NCBI RefSeq assembly: GCF_009914755.1
Contig: NC_060939.1
DNA: 64,000 nt
Source: the human T2T-CHM13v2.0 reference genome, Homo sapiens
Direction: 5' to 3' (one strand)
Below, piece by piece: positions 1-15,731 of this stretch. Position 1 is the stretch's first letter; every line of letters begins with the position of its first letter. Under the pieces are notes generated by a model, which was not told where the DNA came from, ran no database searches, and saw only the letters and a list, made by a program, of their open reading frames with translations. A program made the position numbers and the translations under genes.

Positions 1-364
1 ACTTCCTTTTAAACTTACATTCATATTATTGTTGATTAATAAGAAAAACTCATAAAATTGTTTTATTATTGGTTTAGAAAAGTTTTAAAGGCTGTAATAA
101 AGGAGACTACTTTGGCTAGATTCAGAACAGCGATAAAATTTCCTCTTCTATCAGTTGCTTTTTGGCTTTATTTGTCTACTGACTCTATTAAGGCAAATGA
201 AACAAATAGGAGCATTGCAATAAAATATGCCATAAGTTTGGATGTACAAATTAATTATAAATAGCACAAAATTACTAAGTATATAGGACCATTACAGTGT
301 TGAATTTGCCATTCCTAGTTTCAGTATTTACACTAAATGTTTTCTTTGCTTAATGTTGTGCCAG

Positions 365-486
365 GATCTGCAGAGCACTAACCTAGTAGAAGTGTGTATG
401 GCACTGACTGTTGTTAGCCAGATTTTCCCCTGCGAAATGATTCCAGCTGTTCTTCCATTAATAGAAGATAAACTTCAACATTCTAA
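365..486 (+). CDS. AP4E1: AP4E1 coding exon (exon 5; DLQSTNLVEV...KLQHS-K)
   Basis: ccag|GAT acceptor and AA|gtaagt donor; 122 nt; translation matches recalled AP-4 epsilon residues 141-181. Confidence 0.96.
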
Positions 487-869
487 GTAAGTAAATTCTT
501 TTGGGATAGGCATCTATGCCATATATTTCAAAACAGAAGTTTATACTAGAAAATTTATTACAACTTCAGTGCTACCAGGATAGAGATTATTTGACTGCTA
601 GGAATAATACAAAAATCTTCAATAGGATCATCTTTATTTTTATGTGGGTTTAGGGAAATGTTAGACAGCTTTCTAAAGTTAGACTAAGAGACAGTGAGGC
701 CTAGTATCCAGGAATCCTTGGCTTGCCTCCCATTTCTACCACTAATGAGCAGTGGTCTTGTTTTTCCTTGGCTATATGGGGTTGGTTGAAGCTCCTTAGT
801 TCTACCAAAGTTGTTTTGGGGATAAAGTGAAATAATGAAAAACATATGGAAATTGTGCAAGTGTTGTGA

Positions 870-1306
<437 letters not shown>

Positions 1307-1397
1307 TAACTGTCTCCTTATCAGACTGACTGACTTTTCACTGTATTTGAATTATTAATATTTTGTTTTTGACCAAGCCCCTTTATGTCATAATTTT

Positions 1398-1702
1398 AAT
1401 TAATTAATTAATTAATTTTTTTGAGACAGAGTCTCACTCTGTTGCCTAGGCTGGAGTGCGGTGGAGTGATCTCGGCTCACTGCACGCTCCACCTCCCAGG
1501 TTTAAGCAGTTCTCTGCCTCAGCCTCCTGAGTAGCTGGAATTACAGGAACACGCCACCATGCCCAGCTAATTTTTTGTATTTTTAGTGGAGGCAGGGTTT
1601 CACCATCTTGGCCCGGCTGATCTTGAACTCCTGACCTTGTGATTCACCTGCCTCGGCCTCCCAAAGTGCTGAGATTACACATGTGAGCCACTGCGCCTGG
1701 CC
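1398..1702 (-). mobile_element. Alu
   Basis: Alu consensus; (TTAA)n-type tail; TSD CATAATTTT. Confidence 0.93.
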
Positions 1703-1862
1703 CATAATTTTTAAAGTTGGAAAAGGTTTGCAATCATTGTGATTATGGTATGTCAGTTATATATTCTTGATGAAGATTTTTTTGTTACTCATACAACATT
1801 TATTTTACATACTTTAAATCAGTATTTTTAATGTTCTGAGATTGCAAAATGTTGTTTTATAG

Positions 1863-2156
<294 letters not shown>

Positions 2157-3546
2157 AACTTGTATACTTTAAGAAATATTGAATCATGAATCTTCCAGCT
2201 AAAATGATAGCTTTTACTAAGAATTACAGAATAACTTCATAGGTCTTTCAGACTTTTTATGTATTGTATATCATATCTGTGTTTAGAACGAAGGATGATT
2301 ATGGACAATTAATTATTGGAAATATTTGCTTTTTTGAGATTTATAAGGTGATCTGATTATAACAGCAGCATATTTTTGCTTAACTTTTCCTTACCACTAC
2401 TTTTGTGGTGACCTTACTTACTGACCATTTGTATGAAATCCTTCTGAGAATTGAAAGGTCCCGTTTCAATTTTTTTCTTTATTGCTTTGTGTTTAGTCTA
2501 ATTTCAAGTCCTGGCTAGAGTTTAGACTTTTTGAAACTCAGCTTTTGCAGTTATGGCCATACTCAGCCCCATGCTCTGGAGTAAAGAGCTGACGAATATG
2601 AGGCAGAGCTATAGGTAAGCCAGTAGATGTCACAAAGAATATTTGAAATAAGGCTTGAATTCAACTTTTGAATCCCTGGTTGTATTTCAGCATACCAACC
2701 CCAGAGCCTGAATCTAGGTCTCTCGTCTTATGTTAGTACCACCACTTGAGGCCAGGCCTGTGAACTCCTGGGCCTATTCAGAGTTTTTTTTTTTTTTTTT
2801 TCCTCACTTCATTTACCTATTCTCCCCCAGAATTAATATCAGTTAACACGCAATGGCAATACACTGTGACGTGGCTTGCATTCACCACAGTATTAATACT
2901 AACAGTAAATCTGTTATTAATCTGCCTTTCTTTTCTTTTCTTTTTTTTTTTGTGAAGAGTTTTCCGTTATGGCATAGCTTGCCTAGGAAGATAAGAGTTG
3001 TTTATTAATGGAATTTGTATGACCACTTATTAAGAATCTTATAAAAGGAGTTCTTGAGTGGAACACAAAGGATTGCACTGAATAGTCTCAGTCTTGAGAT
3101 TCTACGACAGAAATATCTGTTAAGGAACCCTAAAAGTAAATACTTCACTTTTGTGATGTTTGCTGCTGTTCTGAGCACTGCCAGCATAGTCTGCAAATAA
3201 CAGATATGTAGAAATAGACAAGAGAGAGAATTTCTAACAAGGAAGAAGCTTCCTTGGAAACTACATCATGAACATAGGATGGCATTTCTTTATTTTTGCT
3301 TCTGTGTGCTAGATGTTATCTGCTACAGATGAAGTGCAAAACTAGTATATACTTTTCTCTTTATTATCATGAGGTTTTGAAACAGATGAACTGGGCAAAG
3401 AGAGGAATAACATCTTTTTATTCCATGTGTGTCCTTGTATTCCTCCCCTCTGTCCCCCAGAATATTTGGAGTCTGCTATCCAGTGATATATATATATAAA
3501 AAAGAAACATAGAAAGCTACTATTTTAGGGTGAGAATGTTAACGAG

Positions 3547-3866
<320 letters not shown>

Positions 3867-4277
3867 TAATATTACTAGCTGAAATTACCTATTACTTAAA
3901 CTTACTGTTGACTTTTTTTTTCAATTTTTAGAGATACGTCTTTTAAAAATGGAATTAGAGAATTAAGAAATTTGTTTTTCATGTTTTTTTTTTTTTAATC
4001 TCAAAAGTAATATATGCTTGTTACAAAAAAAAATTCCCTAACTAGATAAATATATAACACGGGCAGTTAAAGTTTTGAGACCTTACTTCCTAGAGGTAAC
4101 CACTTTTTATAATTTGGTATATTAGAATAAATAAATTAATCACAAATGTATAGTTATCTCTTTCTTTGTAAATTAAGGTAATGAGCCAGTATTTTGAAAT
4201 CATCTGGCCTATAATCTTTCAAAGTAAATACTTGAGAATTCAGATTGTCTTGTTTAAATTTCATTTTTTGTCTTCAG

Positions 4278-4437
4278 GGAGATTGTACGAAGAAAAGCTG
4301 TTCTGGCATTATACAAATTCCATCTCATTGCTCCTAATCAAGTACAACATATTCATATTAAGTTTCGGAAAGCACTTTGTGACAGAGATGTTGGGGTCAT
4401 GGCTGCCTCCTTGCATATATATCTTAGAATGATTAAG
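4278..4437 (+). CDS. AP4E1: AP4E1 coding exon (exon 6; EIVRRKAVLALYKF...LRMIK)
   Basis: ttcag|G acceptor, AAG|gtaagt donor; 160 nt; phase matches previous exon. Confidence 0.96.
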
Positions 4438-5315
4438 GTAAGTTGGAAATTTTAGCAAGTACTGAGTAGTTACCATTAGAAAAATACAATTATGGAATTA
4501 AAAAGAAACAGATATTTTGGTAAAATGCTTAGTTAACATTTTATAATTTTATTATTGACCTTTGAATTAGTAGTTTTGCAAGTTGTTGAGAGCATGAGTT
4601 GTAGGCACATTACAGAATTAGTTTTTTTTTTTTTAATGCCTAAAATTTTTTGATGTTACTAAACAGGTGTGGAAAAATGGTATCAGTGGAAGGTGTCTTA
4701 AGTTTGCAGATTTGTGTTTTTTCAAGCAGTAATTCTCTTTTATATAACTTCATGGGATGCATAACATTTTATAGAAATGAGGAAAACCAGCGGGGGTTGT
4801 GCAAGCTATAGATTGTAGTATTGACTCCATGTATTAATTCTGTATCATATGAGGAAAGAGGGTTGAATGTTATGGTAAAACACTTTTCTAAATGGCGATG
4901 GTGGATTTATACTAATTCATCCTTAGTGTATTGCCTGAAACCATTTGTGTTCAAATATACATATTTGTAACAGATTTCATGGCACCTACTATAACAAAAT
5001 AAAATATGCTATTGAACTCATTTAAAGTTATATTGTTTTTTATGTATCGTGTTCTAAAATAGTACAGTTTAAATAAATGTTCAATATTAAATTTTATTTT
5101 TTCCTTAACATTTACTAAAATTTGAAAGAGCTTTATTTCCCTTCCAAAAAATTTTCCCTTGATACATAATAAAAATTAGAATAAAGAATCTAATGTTCCT
5201 TTTAAGGAGTGTGGATATAATTTCCCCAGTCCAAGAGATTACTCAGATACATAATCAAGGCACACTCCTTCAGAAACAAATATTTTTAGATACTGTGTGG
5301 CTAATTAATTTTTAA

Positions 5316-6067
<752 letters not shown>

Positions 6068-6435
6068 TGATTTTCATCCAAAGCCGAGGTATTACTGTCC
6101 TTTTGCAGTATGCCAGTTCTTTTCACTTTTTGTTTTAATTACTGGTATTGGCTATTAAGGATTCTACCTAAGATATAAGAATTTTGAAATGTGATTAAAC
6201 TGTATACGGGGAAAAGTAGGGAGTGATGGAAGCTTTTCTGGGATGATTCAGCTTTGGGTTGGTTAGCCAGAGGAATTTTATCATGGAAGATATTATACAT
6301 ATTAGAGCACTGTTTCATTAAATGTGAACATAAACTTAAGTATGTATTAAGTCAGGTTCTATATGACATTTCAATTAGGTCTATTTCTATTTAATAAGAC
6401 GTTATTAACAAAGTTTTTTTTGCGGGGGGATGTAG

Positions 6436-6602
6436 GAGAATTCATCTGGATATAAAGACTTGACTGGGAGTTTTGTAACCATTTTGAAGCAAGTAGTTGG
6501 AGGAAAGCTCCCAGTAGAATTCAATTACCACAGTGTGCCAGCACCATGGTTACAAATTCAGCTCTTGAGAATACTGGGACTTCTAGGAAAAGATGATCAA
6601 AG
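6436..6602 (+). CDS. AP4E1: AP4E1 coding exon (exon 7; ENSSGYKDL...YHSVPAPWLQIQLLRILGLLGKDDQ)
   Basis: tgtag|GAG acceptor, AG|gtaaac donor; 167 nt; PAPWLQI motif typical of large adaptin trunks. Confidence 0.96.
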
Positions 6603-6868
6603 GTAAACTATTTTCAGTAAGTTTGCTTAATGACCCCCATACCAGATGATAAGCTTAGACTTTAGTAACCTAGAGGTTTAATGATAAACCAGATTCTTCC
6701 AATGTTTAATTGGCTTAATAGTGATAAAAGAAGCCATTGTAAGAATCACATAAATGCTTTCAGGTTGCTGGGATAATCCTGGCTCTCTCCTTATCTTAAT
6801 TTTACCCATCATGAAAGGTACCCATGAAACACCATCTCCTCTGTGATGCTTTCGTAATTGTTCTAGTT

Positions 6869-7489
<621 letters not shown>

Positions 7490-7555
7490 CTCTGGTTGGG
7501 TGTGAGTGCTTCACCTTTTTAATTCATTTATCTGAATTATTCTTTTAGCCAATAA

Positions 7556-7909
<354 letters not shown>

Positions 7910-10255
7910 TCAATTTTGCCCCACTTTTTCAAACTTAGACACTTTCAAAGTTCTAAGGACAGTACAAGGAGTTCCCTTACATCCTGCACCTAGATTCATC
8001 AATTTATTTTCATTTGTTCTATCATTCTCATTCTCTGTGTGTGCATGTGTGTATGCATTTGCATGTGCACCTACATATTATTTTTATTTTAAAAACTATT
8101 TCCGAGTTGCTTGAGAGCAAGCCCCTTGAGATTTTAGTTCCCTTGAGAGCAAGGACCTTGGCTAGAGTTCCTGATATGTTTCTGTCTTAAGAAAATGTTT
8201 GCTAATCAGTGTTCTGATTTTATGAATATTGTTCCCTTTTATATAGTAGGGTACCTTTGTATTCTAATGTTTTAGCCTAGCTTTACAAAGGGACCATTCT
8301 CCAGGCTTTTGCTTCTAGAAATCAACTTAAGGTCAGAATCCATTTGCCTGTGAGCTCCTGACTAGCACTAATTGGGCTACATCACTGTTGGTATTATAGT
8401 GTTACTTTTTTCTGTGTTTATGAATCTCAACTACTGATTGAAACCTGCAGTGAAAACGTAAGGTGATGGAGCATGTACACACATTAGAAATGATTGTCTT
8501 AATTATATTTTATTTTATATCATGCCAGCCTATCCTAACGTGGAGCTCTAGTTGGAGTTACTGGAATTTATGTTTTAAAATCATGAATTTTATATTAATG
8601 CATCAGATCTTATTGGTCTAAAAAAGACTTACTGCCATCCATTGTTATCAGGAAGTAACTTGGGAGGCATTTAGTGAATTTATTAAATTCATTAACTCAC
8701 TATCTTCCTTTTTCTTGCCTTCATGGATAAATTTGGATAATACATATATACAAAGATGAGTAAGCTAGTCCTTACCTTCACAGCACTCAGGTGACCAGTA
8801 ATTAGGCTCAGTTATTAATAGAGTGGAACTTTCTTATAATGTTATGGAACATTAGAATGTTTTCTCCTTTTTTGTCTCAACTCTAATGAGATTTTATTTT
8901 AACATAAATCTTACATTTTGTTGGACATTATTGCTCAATGTAGCAAAGTAAAAAGTTATAACCGGATTCTAAAGTATTTAATTGAAAAAACCAATTTACT
9001 GGAAAAGTCTGTTGTATTTATGGTCTTTTATATCTATTTGAATATTTTCTTGTGTTTTGTAGTTTTGTGCTTCTTAGATTTATTAAGATTTATCTTGATC
9101 TTGTTCACAAATGTTTCTTCATTTCATGTGGTTAAGACTCATGCCAGACACTGGCTTTTTAAATTGAGGAACTAGACTATAATCTAGGTATAATATTACC
9201 AAATTTTTTTGGGGGGCAGGGAAGGATTGGTAATGTCTGCTGTATGGTTATCTTCTGAGAAAGAAATGCTTACACAATAAAACGAAGGATTTTAGAATGT
9301 GGTTCTGGATTCTTAATTATTGGATATTTATACTTCAGTCAAGACAGAATGAAAGTACATGCACTTAACATTGAACTTTCTAGCTGTATATTTGGAAAAA
9401 AAGACATTTTCTGAAAGATGTAATTAATTTATATAGTCCCAAATTATTTTGATATTTTCATTTATTTTATGGCACAGTTTCTCTGCAAGACCACTGTATG
9501 TATCCTGTGTTGCTGGTATTTTTTTTTTCTTCTGTTAGTGCTTTTTGAATTTGTAAAACATACAAAATACCAGCTAAGAAGCTATAGTTTTTCACATTGG
9601 CCTCTTGGAGAGGATATTTGTCTAACAAGCGTGGAGGCAGAGTGCTAGGGCACTAATGCACTTTTTTTTCCCCACAGTATCTTCCTCATCACAGTTATTC
9701 TTACTGTAATCAGTGACCATAATGACATATGAATGGTCCAAACCTATTAATTCCACAAAATATCTTTTTTTATATTTAATGTAAATGTAAGTAAAAATTT
9801 TCTTTCTGAAGAACCTAGTTACTACTCAAGGAAAGACTAGTATTTGAAAACTTTTTCATGGTATCTGGGTAAAATACAGTTAATATGCTATCTGAAATAA
9901 TATGAATATATGAAGTATTACTATGGTAACTTAGAAATATTCTATTGAAAGAAAATTATAAAATATAGTATGTTCAACCAAATAAAAACTTGGTTTATAA
10001 ACTAGGCACAGTGAGGAAAGAGTTGATTGACATATATATCTCATTGGTTAACTAGTCAACTTTGATAAAGTAGGAAGTTCAAGCTCATGAAAAACAGCAA
10101 ACCTTTTAAGAAGTGAAATTTCCATAACTTCATCATAAAATGAATTTCTTTCACTTCTCTTCTGTAGATCCTCAGTTTTAAAGAGAAGTTTGAAAAACTG
10201 TTTTATTGGGTTAGAATACTATAATTCTACTGCAAATAAAATATCTTTTAAACAG

Positions 10256-10329
10256 GACAAGTGAATTAATGTATGATGTTCTTGATGAATCCTTACGAAG
10301 AGCTGAGTTAAATCACAATGTCACATATG
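10256..10329 (+). CDS. AP4E1: AP4E1 coding exon (exon 8; TSELMYDVLDESLRRAELNHNVTY)
   Basis: aacag|G acceptor, G|gtaggt donor; 74 nt; frame continuous. Confidence 0.95.
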
Positions 10330-10679
10330 GTAGGTAATATATGTAAATATTACTCTAATGACTAATAATGTTTTTTAGTATTGCAGTTAAATCTGTGTTA
10401 GAATGCTATAAATTCCAATAGAATTTTATACACTGATTTTAAGATAGTTCTTTGGATTATTATTTTTTCAATGTAAGCATTTAATTACTGATAGATAAGA
10501 GTAATTTGAACTCATGGCATGTTCTAAATGTTGACCTAAGTTTATTATTATAATTGTCTCTATTGAAAACACATATCAATTATCTATTTTTTTCAAGTAT
10601 CTAATTGACTGTGAAGATAACTCCATAGATTTGTTCCATGCTTGGTAAACATTTACGGTATTCAAAGACAGTTCTTAAA

Positions 10680-11850
10680 TAAATCAATCGACTAGTTGTC
10701 AGATATTTTATTAAATTTCTGTTATTTGTCAGTCCCTATGCAAGGTACTTAGAATACAGCAGTGAATAAAACATTATGGGGCTTATAAACTAGATTGATG
10801 GACAGGGATAGGTGTTGTTAATGTTACAAAAGAGAATTGCAGGGCATGGTGGGAGAATATAGCAGCTAGTCTTAGGTGAGGGGAAGAATAAAGAAGGTTT
10901 TCCTGAGAAAGAAATATTTAAGAAGACATCTGAAGGATGAATAGGATATAGGCAGGAATATATAGACGTGGAATAATAGTATACTATTTTGTGAAGAGAC
11001 AATAAATTGTTACATGCAATTTAAAAATTAGTAATAGGAGACAAGAGTAAGTTGAGGGAAGGGGGTAGAAAACTGAGAAAGTAGCCAAAAAAACTTCCAA
11101 TTTTAACAGCCAACGGGAGGAGCTGTTCTTTTTGATTAGCCTGAGAAAGCTCAGTGAGGAAATTGAGATATTTGGAGCTATTTAAAAGGTAGAACAGTTT
11201 GAATTTTGCATGCTCTGGAGGACAACAGTAGAAGAGGCACTGAGAGATGTAACTCAAATGAGAAGTCATTTCTTAATCTGGTAAAATATCATGAAGTAGG
11301 AAATGAAGAGCATTACTTTTTCTTTGAGACAAGGATAACCTGCGGACCTTTAAGAACAATGGTTGTAGAAATGTAGGTTAGACCAGAGGACAGAAATTGA
11401 ACTAGTTTAACTGAAATAAAAAGTGCCTGACAAAGATGCAGTCCAAATAAGGAAAAAGGATTGTGTGTATGAGACTAATACAAGAAAAATAATGCACATG
11501 GTAGTGAATTGGGGTGGTAAACTTTGAAGGATAGATTTTTGTTTTGCATGTATGAATGGTAATTAAGGTAATAAGGATGCTTTATTAATTTGTTCAGCCA
11601 GCATTTATAGAGTGCCTGTGAAACAAAAACTTGATTGTGTTTTAAACTAGGTGCGGATTGAGGAAAGAGTTGATTGACTTATGTATCTCTCCATGCTAAG
11701 TGTGGAAAGTAAAGGGAAGAATAAGGTAGACACAGGCCTTGTCCTTATGAGTATATAGTGTAATAAACAGTTGATATTATATAGGTTCCTGCTATGCAGG
11801 AATAAGGGGTCACAGATGTGGATGACCCTTATTGAAGCAGGTGATTTTCT
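10680..11850 (-). mobile_element. Degraded L2 fragments
   Basis: L2 3'-end-like motifs (ATTTATAGAGTGCC...CCTTGTCCTTATGAG; GATACAGCAGTGAATAAA-like); ends approximate. Confidence 0.55.
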
Positions 11851-12285
11851 GAGAAGATCTAGAAAAGTGTCAGAATTTTTCCAGTAAGTTAAAGTAATTT
11901 AAAGTTTTTTGTTTGCGATGTAACCAGTGTCCAGGATAAGGGTTTGAAAGTCTTTCGGGAAATTCTGCTTAAAATTCAGTTAAAAATCTGCTTTTTTTTT
12001 TTCCCTTGCAGAAAGTTTTTTTTATTTTATTTTAATAATTGACATTTCAGCTTTAATTTTTTTATTTTTTTGAATAGGTAATATATGCACATGGGTCAAA
12101 ATTCAAAAGGTACAAAAGGGTATACAATGAACAGTAAGTGTCCTTTCCACCCTTATCACCCACCACCCAGTTCCCTTTCCTGGGGATAACCACTGTTACC
12201 CGTTCCTTTTGATTTGGAGAATACTGTATACCTGAGGAAATATTTTTTAATATTTTCCAGAATGACCCTTTTATTAAGATTGCTT

Positions 12286-12582
<297 letters not shown>

Positions 12583-13029
12583 ATGATTGCTTGAACCAAC
12601 ACCAACAGTTTGTTTCTTTGCAGGCTCTTGGTCCAGTGTTTCACCTTGCTACAGAAACCTTATAGTTCCTGTTGTTTCATTTCCTTTGTTTAGCTTTTCA
12701 TTGTTATGCTTTTCTCTATATCTGTATTGATAGAGCTTATAACTTACATTGATTATATCAGTGGTAGAGTATTTGCTAGCAATCCTGATATAGGTATTTT
12801 ACTGCTTAAGAATGTTAATTTTAATTGTAAGCTTCATAAGGGCAGGGACTGTGTCTCTCTTATTAACCAGCATATCTCAGTAGCTGGTACTGTGTTAATG
12901 AGTAATATGCTTTAATTGAATTAAAGGAAGAAGAAGTTATTTACTTTATCAGTTATCTAAGTGGGTTTCAGTATTAGTACTTTCTATATTTTATTTTTAT
13001 GGAAGCTCTATTATTACAATTTAGTGTCT

Positions 13030-13620
13030 AATCAAGAAATAAATTACATTAAAGACATCTATTGAATATCTGCTATGTGCCAGGCATTGTATAAAGTGGT
13101 GTATAGGATATGAAGAAGTATAATATATGACCTTTGTCTTTAAGAAATTCACAATATAGTGGAAAGATAACTTGTTCATGAAAGCTTAATACCAGTGTAA
13201 GGCAGAATGTGAAGGGATGGTTCAGGGAAATAAGTATTGTAGGAGTTCCGAGGAAGTAGAGATCATTAAGGGCCTGAGGGCACAGATAGGGATTTACTGA
13301 TGTGATAGGACCCTGAAAGGTAGATAAGATTTAGATAGGCAGAAGGGAGATTGAAGGGGCTTTTAGGTGGAGGGAACATGAGAGAAGGTGTAGACATGGG
13401 GCTATTTAAAAACAGTTTCAGAGACAATGTCTCACCAGTCTGAAAGGATAATTTATGGTGGGGAGCAGTGGAAGGGCGGTATTGTGGAGGACCTGTCACA
13501 ACAGCCAAATGAGTTTGGATTTGTAAATCCGGAGGTATGGAAGGTTTTTGGATAAGGTACTGATAACATGAGAATATCATTTTTAGTAAATTAGTAAATT
13601 GAGAAAATTATATAAAATGG
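13030..13620 (-). mobile_element. Degraded L2
   Basis: ATTGAATATCTGCTATGTGCCAGGCATTGT, the L2 3' motif. Confidence 0.65.
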
Positions 13621-13649
13621 AGTACAAGGGACAAAAGCCATCAAAAGTA

Positions 13650-14560
13650 GGTAGATAGAAGTACTTTTCCGTTTTTTTTCTCACTAATTTCACCTAAAAC
13701 CCTTGGATACTATGTATAAGAAACATAAGACTCAGGAAGGTGGAGAACAAGTCAGGCTGGTTAGAGACCTCAGGACACAAGGAAAGAAACAGACACGGTG
13801 GTGTGTACCCTGGGTTTTCTTTTTGCCTCGGGTACCCCAGACTGGGTACTGAAGAGCCAGCAGTCTGGAAATGCCAACAGACGCAGACAAAAACACCCCC
13901 AGAAAAGCCTGCCCTCTCTCACCAAAGGACCAAGAAGAAAAGGGAAATTAGCAAGGTAGAAAACTTTTAGATGATAACCCCTCTATTCCGTCCAAGCATA
14001 GGAAAAAACTGTGGACCCATCCCCTCCAGCAAAGGCTGAGGAAAAAGCCAAGATTTCCATCATCACCAGGTATAATGACATGCCCCAACACACCCTCCCT
14101 AACCCCCCACTAGAGTGGTGACAGAAGCCCAAGAGACAGCTGGAATTTCATTGATGCCAGGTGATAAGGAAGGCCCCTTCCTTACGCTGTCAGAGGTGAC
14201 TTGGGAAGTCTGGATTTTTCCCATCTGGAAGTAGGGAGTAAAGAGGTAATTTTCCCCTCTTTGTGGCCAGGGTTCGGAGGCGTGGGTGTTAGAGAAAGCC
14301 TGGTGGACAGTCAGAACTTCCACTCCTGATCAGCGATAATGAGGCCACTCCCTCATAGTGTCACTGGAGGCCACAAAGGAAGCAGTAATGAGGTACCCCT
14401 CTCTCTCCCAGGCAGGGTAGAATCAGTTGATACTCCCTCCAACAATAACCAGGAGCCTCTCCATCCCCAGGTATCAAAGGAGACAGAGTAGAGAGCCTGG
14501 ATTCCATTCCCATTGGGTGATACCTCCTCTCTCCTGCCAGAATAATGTCAGTAGATACTT
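13650..14560 (+). mobile_element. Old L1M 5'-region fragment
   Basis: GC-richer tandemly degenerate sequence resembling L1MC/MD 5' ends; similar to 31230-31700 on the - strand. Confidence 0.5.
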
Positions 14561-14822
14561 ATTTAACTTAATTAAAGTGAGAGTAAACTCTATTCTGAGG
14601 GATAAGGTGTCAGAAGAACTTCACATTTTGTTTGAGCATACATAATCCAACCCAAAATATCTATGATGAAACTGCAGTGTCATAAATGGTGGAACATTAT
14701 TAATTTTTAATTTAGTAATTTATGCTTTATAGCATTTTAATTAGTACCAAGAGAGTAACCAAGAGTACTGAAGAGTAACCAAGTTCCATGTTGTATTTTT
14801 AAGTTTAGAAACCCTCAGTTGT

Positions 14823-15070
14823 GGCCGGGCAAGGTGGCTCATGCCTGTAATCCCAGCACTTTGGGAGGCTGAGTTGGGCAGATCACTTGAGGTTAGGAGT
14901 TCAAAACCAGCCTGGCCAACATGGTGAAACCCTGTCTCTACTAAAAATACAAAAATTAGCTGGCCATGATGGTGCACGCTTGTACTGCCAGCTACTTGGG
15001 AGGCCAAGGCAGGAGAATCACTTGAACCTGGGGGGTGGAGGTTGCAGACTGCATCTCAAAAAAAAAAAAA
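14823..15070 (+). mobile_element. Alu with internal deletion in the right arm
   Basis: GGTTGCAG joined directly to ACTGCATCTC; TSD AGAAA..CTCAGTTGT. Confidence 0.92.
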
Positions 15071-15494
15071 GAAATTCTCAGTTGTATTTTACTTCACCAC
15101 CACAGAGAGGAGACAGCAGAGTGGCTGCTCTTTCAATTATGAACTTATACTTAGATATTTGTAGAGTTGGAGAATAAAATGACTTAGCTCTGGGTGAGAA
15201 AATAATTTAAAAATCAATTTAATTCATTTTCAGCTCAATTATGCCTAAGGAAACTAAAAATAAGTGCTGTTTTTGAACTATTATTTTTTTTCCCATGTTG
15301 GCACCCCAGAAACTTTATGAGCATCTGAATATAAACGTTTAAATTTTGGATGGGTAATGGCAGGCTTTTGTTAGTAAAACAATTTAATAGCAAGAGAGTT
15401 CTTAATGGTAGGAAGCCGTAATGAAAAATGTGTCAGTTATGTTGGAAAATGGAATATCATCATTTGAAATCTTAGGACTGTCATGGTAGTTCAC

Positions 15495-15731
15495 AGTTCA
15501 GCAAACTTTTTCTGAAAAGAGGGCCAGATAGTAAATATTTTAGGCTTTGCAGGTCATGGAGGTTTCTGTCGCATATTCTCCTTTGCTTTTTGTTTTGTTT
15601 TTTACAGCCTTTTAAAAATGTAAAAATCTTTCTTTAGTTCACAGGCCTATAAAAATAGGCTGAAGGCTGGATTTAGTGGCATTTTAAAAATAGGCTGAAG
15701 GCTGGATTTAGTGGCAGTTTCTCCATTCCTG
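15495..15731. mobile_element. MER58C-like hAT element with internal tandem duplication
   Basis: CAGCAAACTTTTT...GGGCCAGATAGTAAATATTT MER58 motif. Confidence 0.75.
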
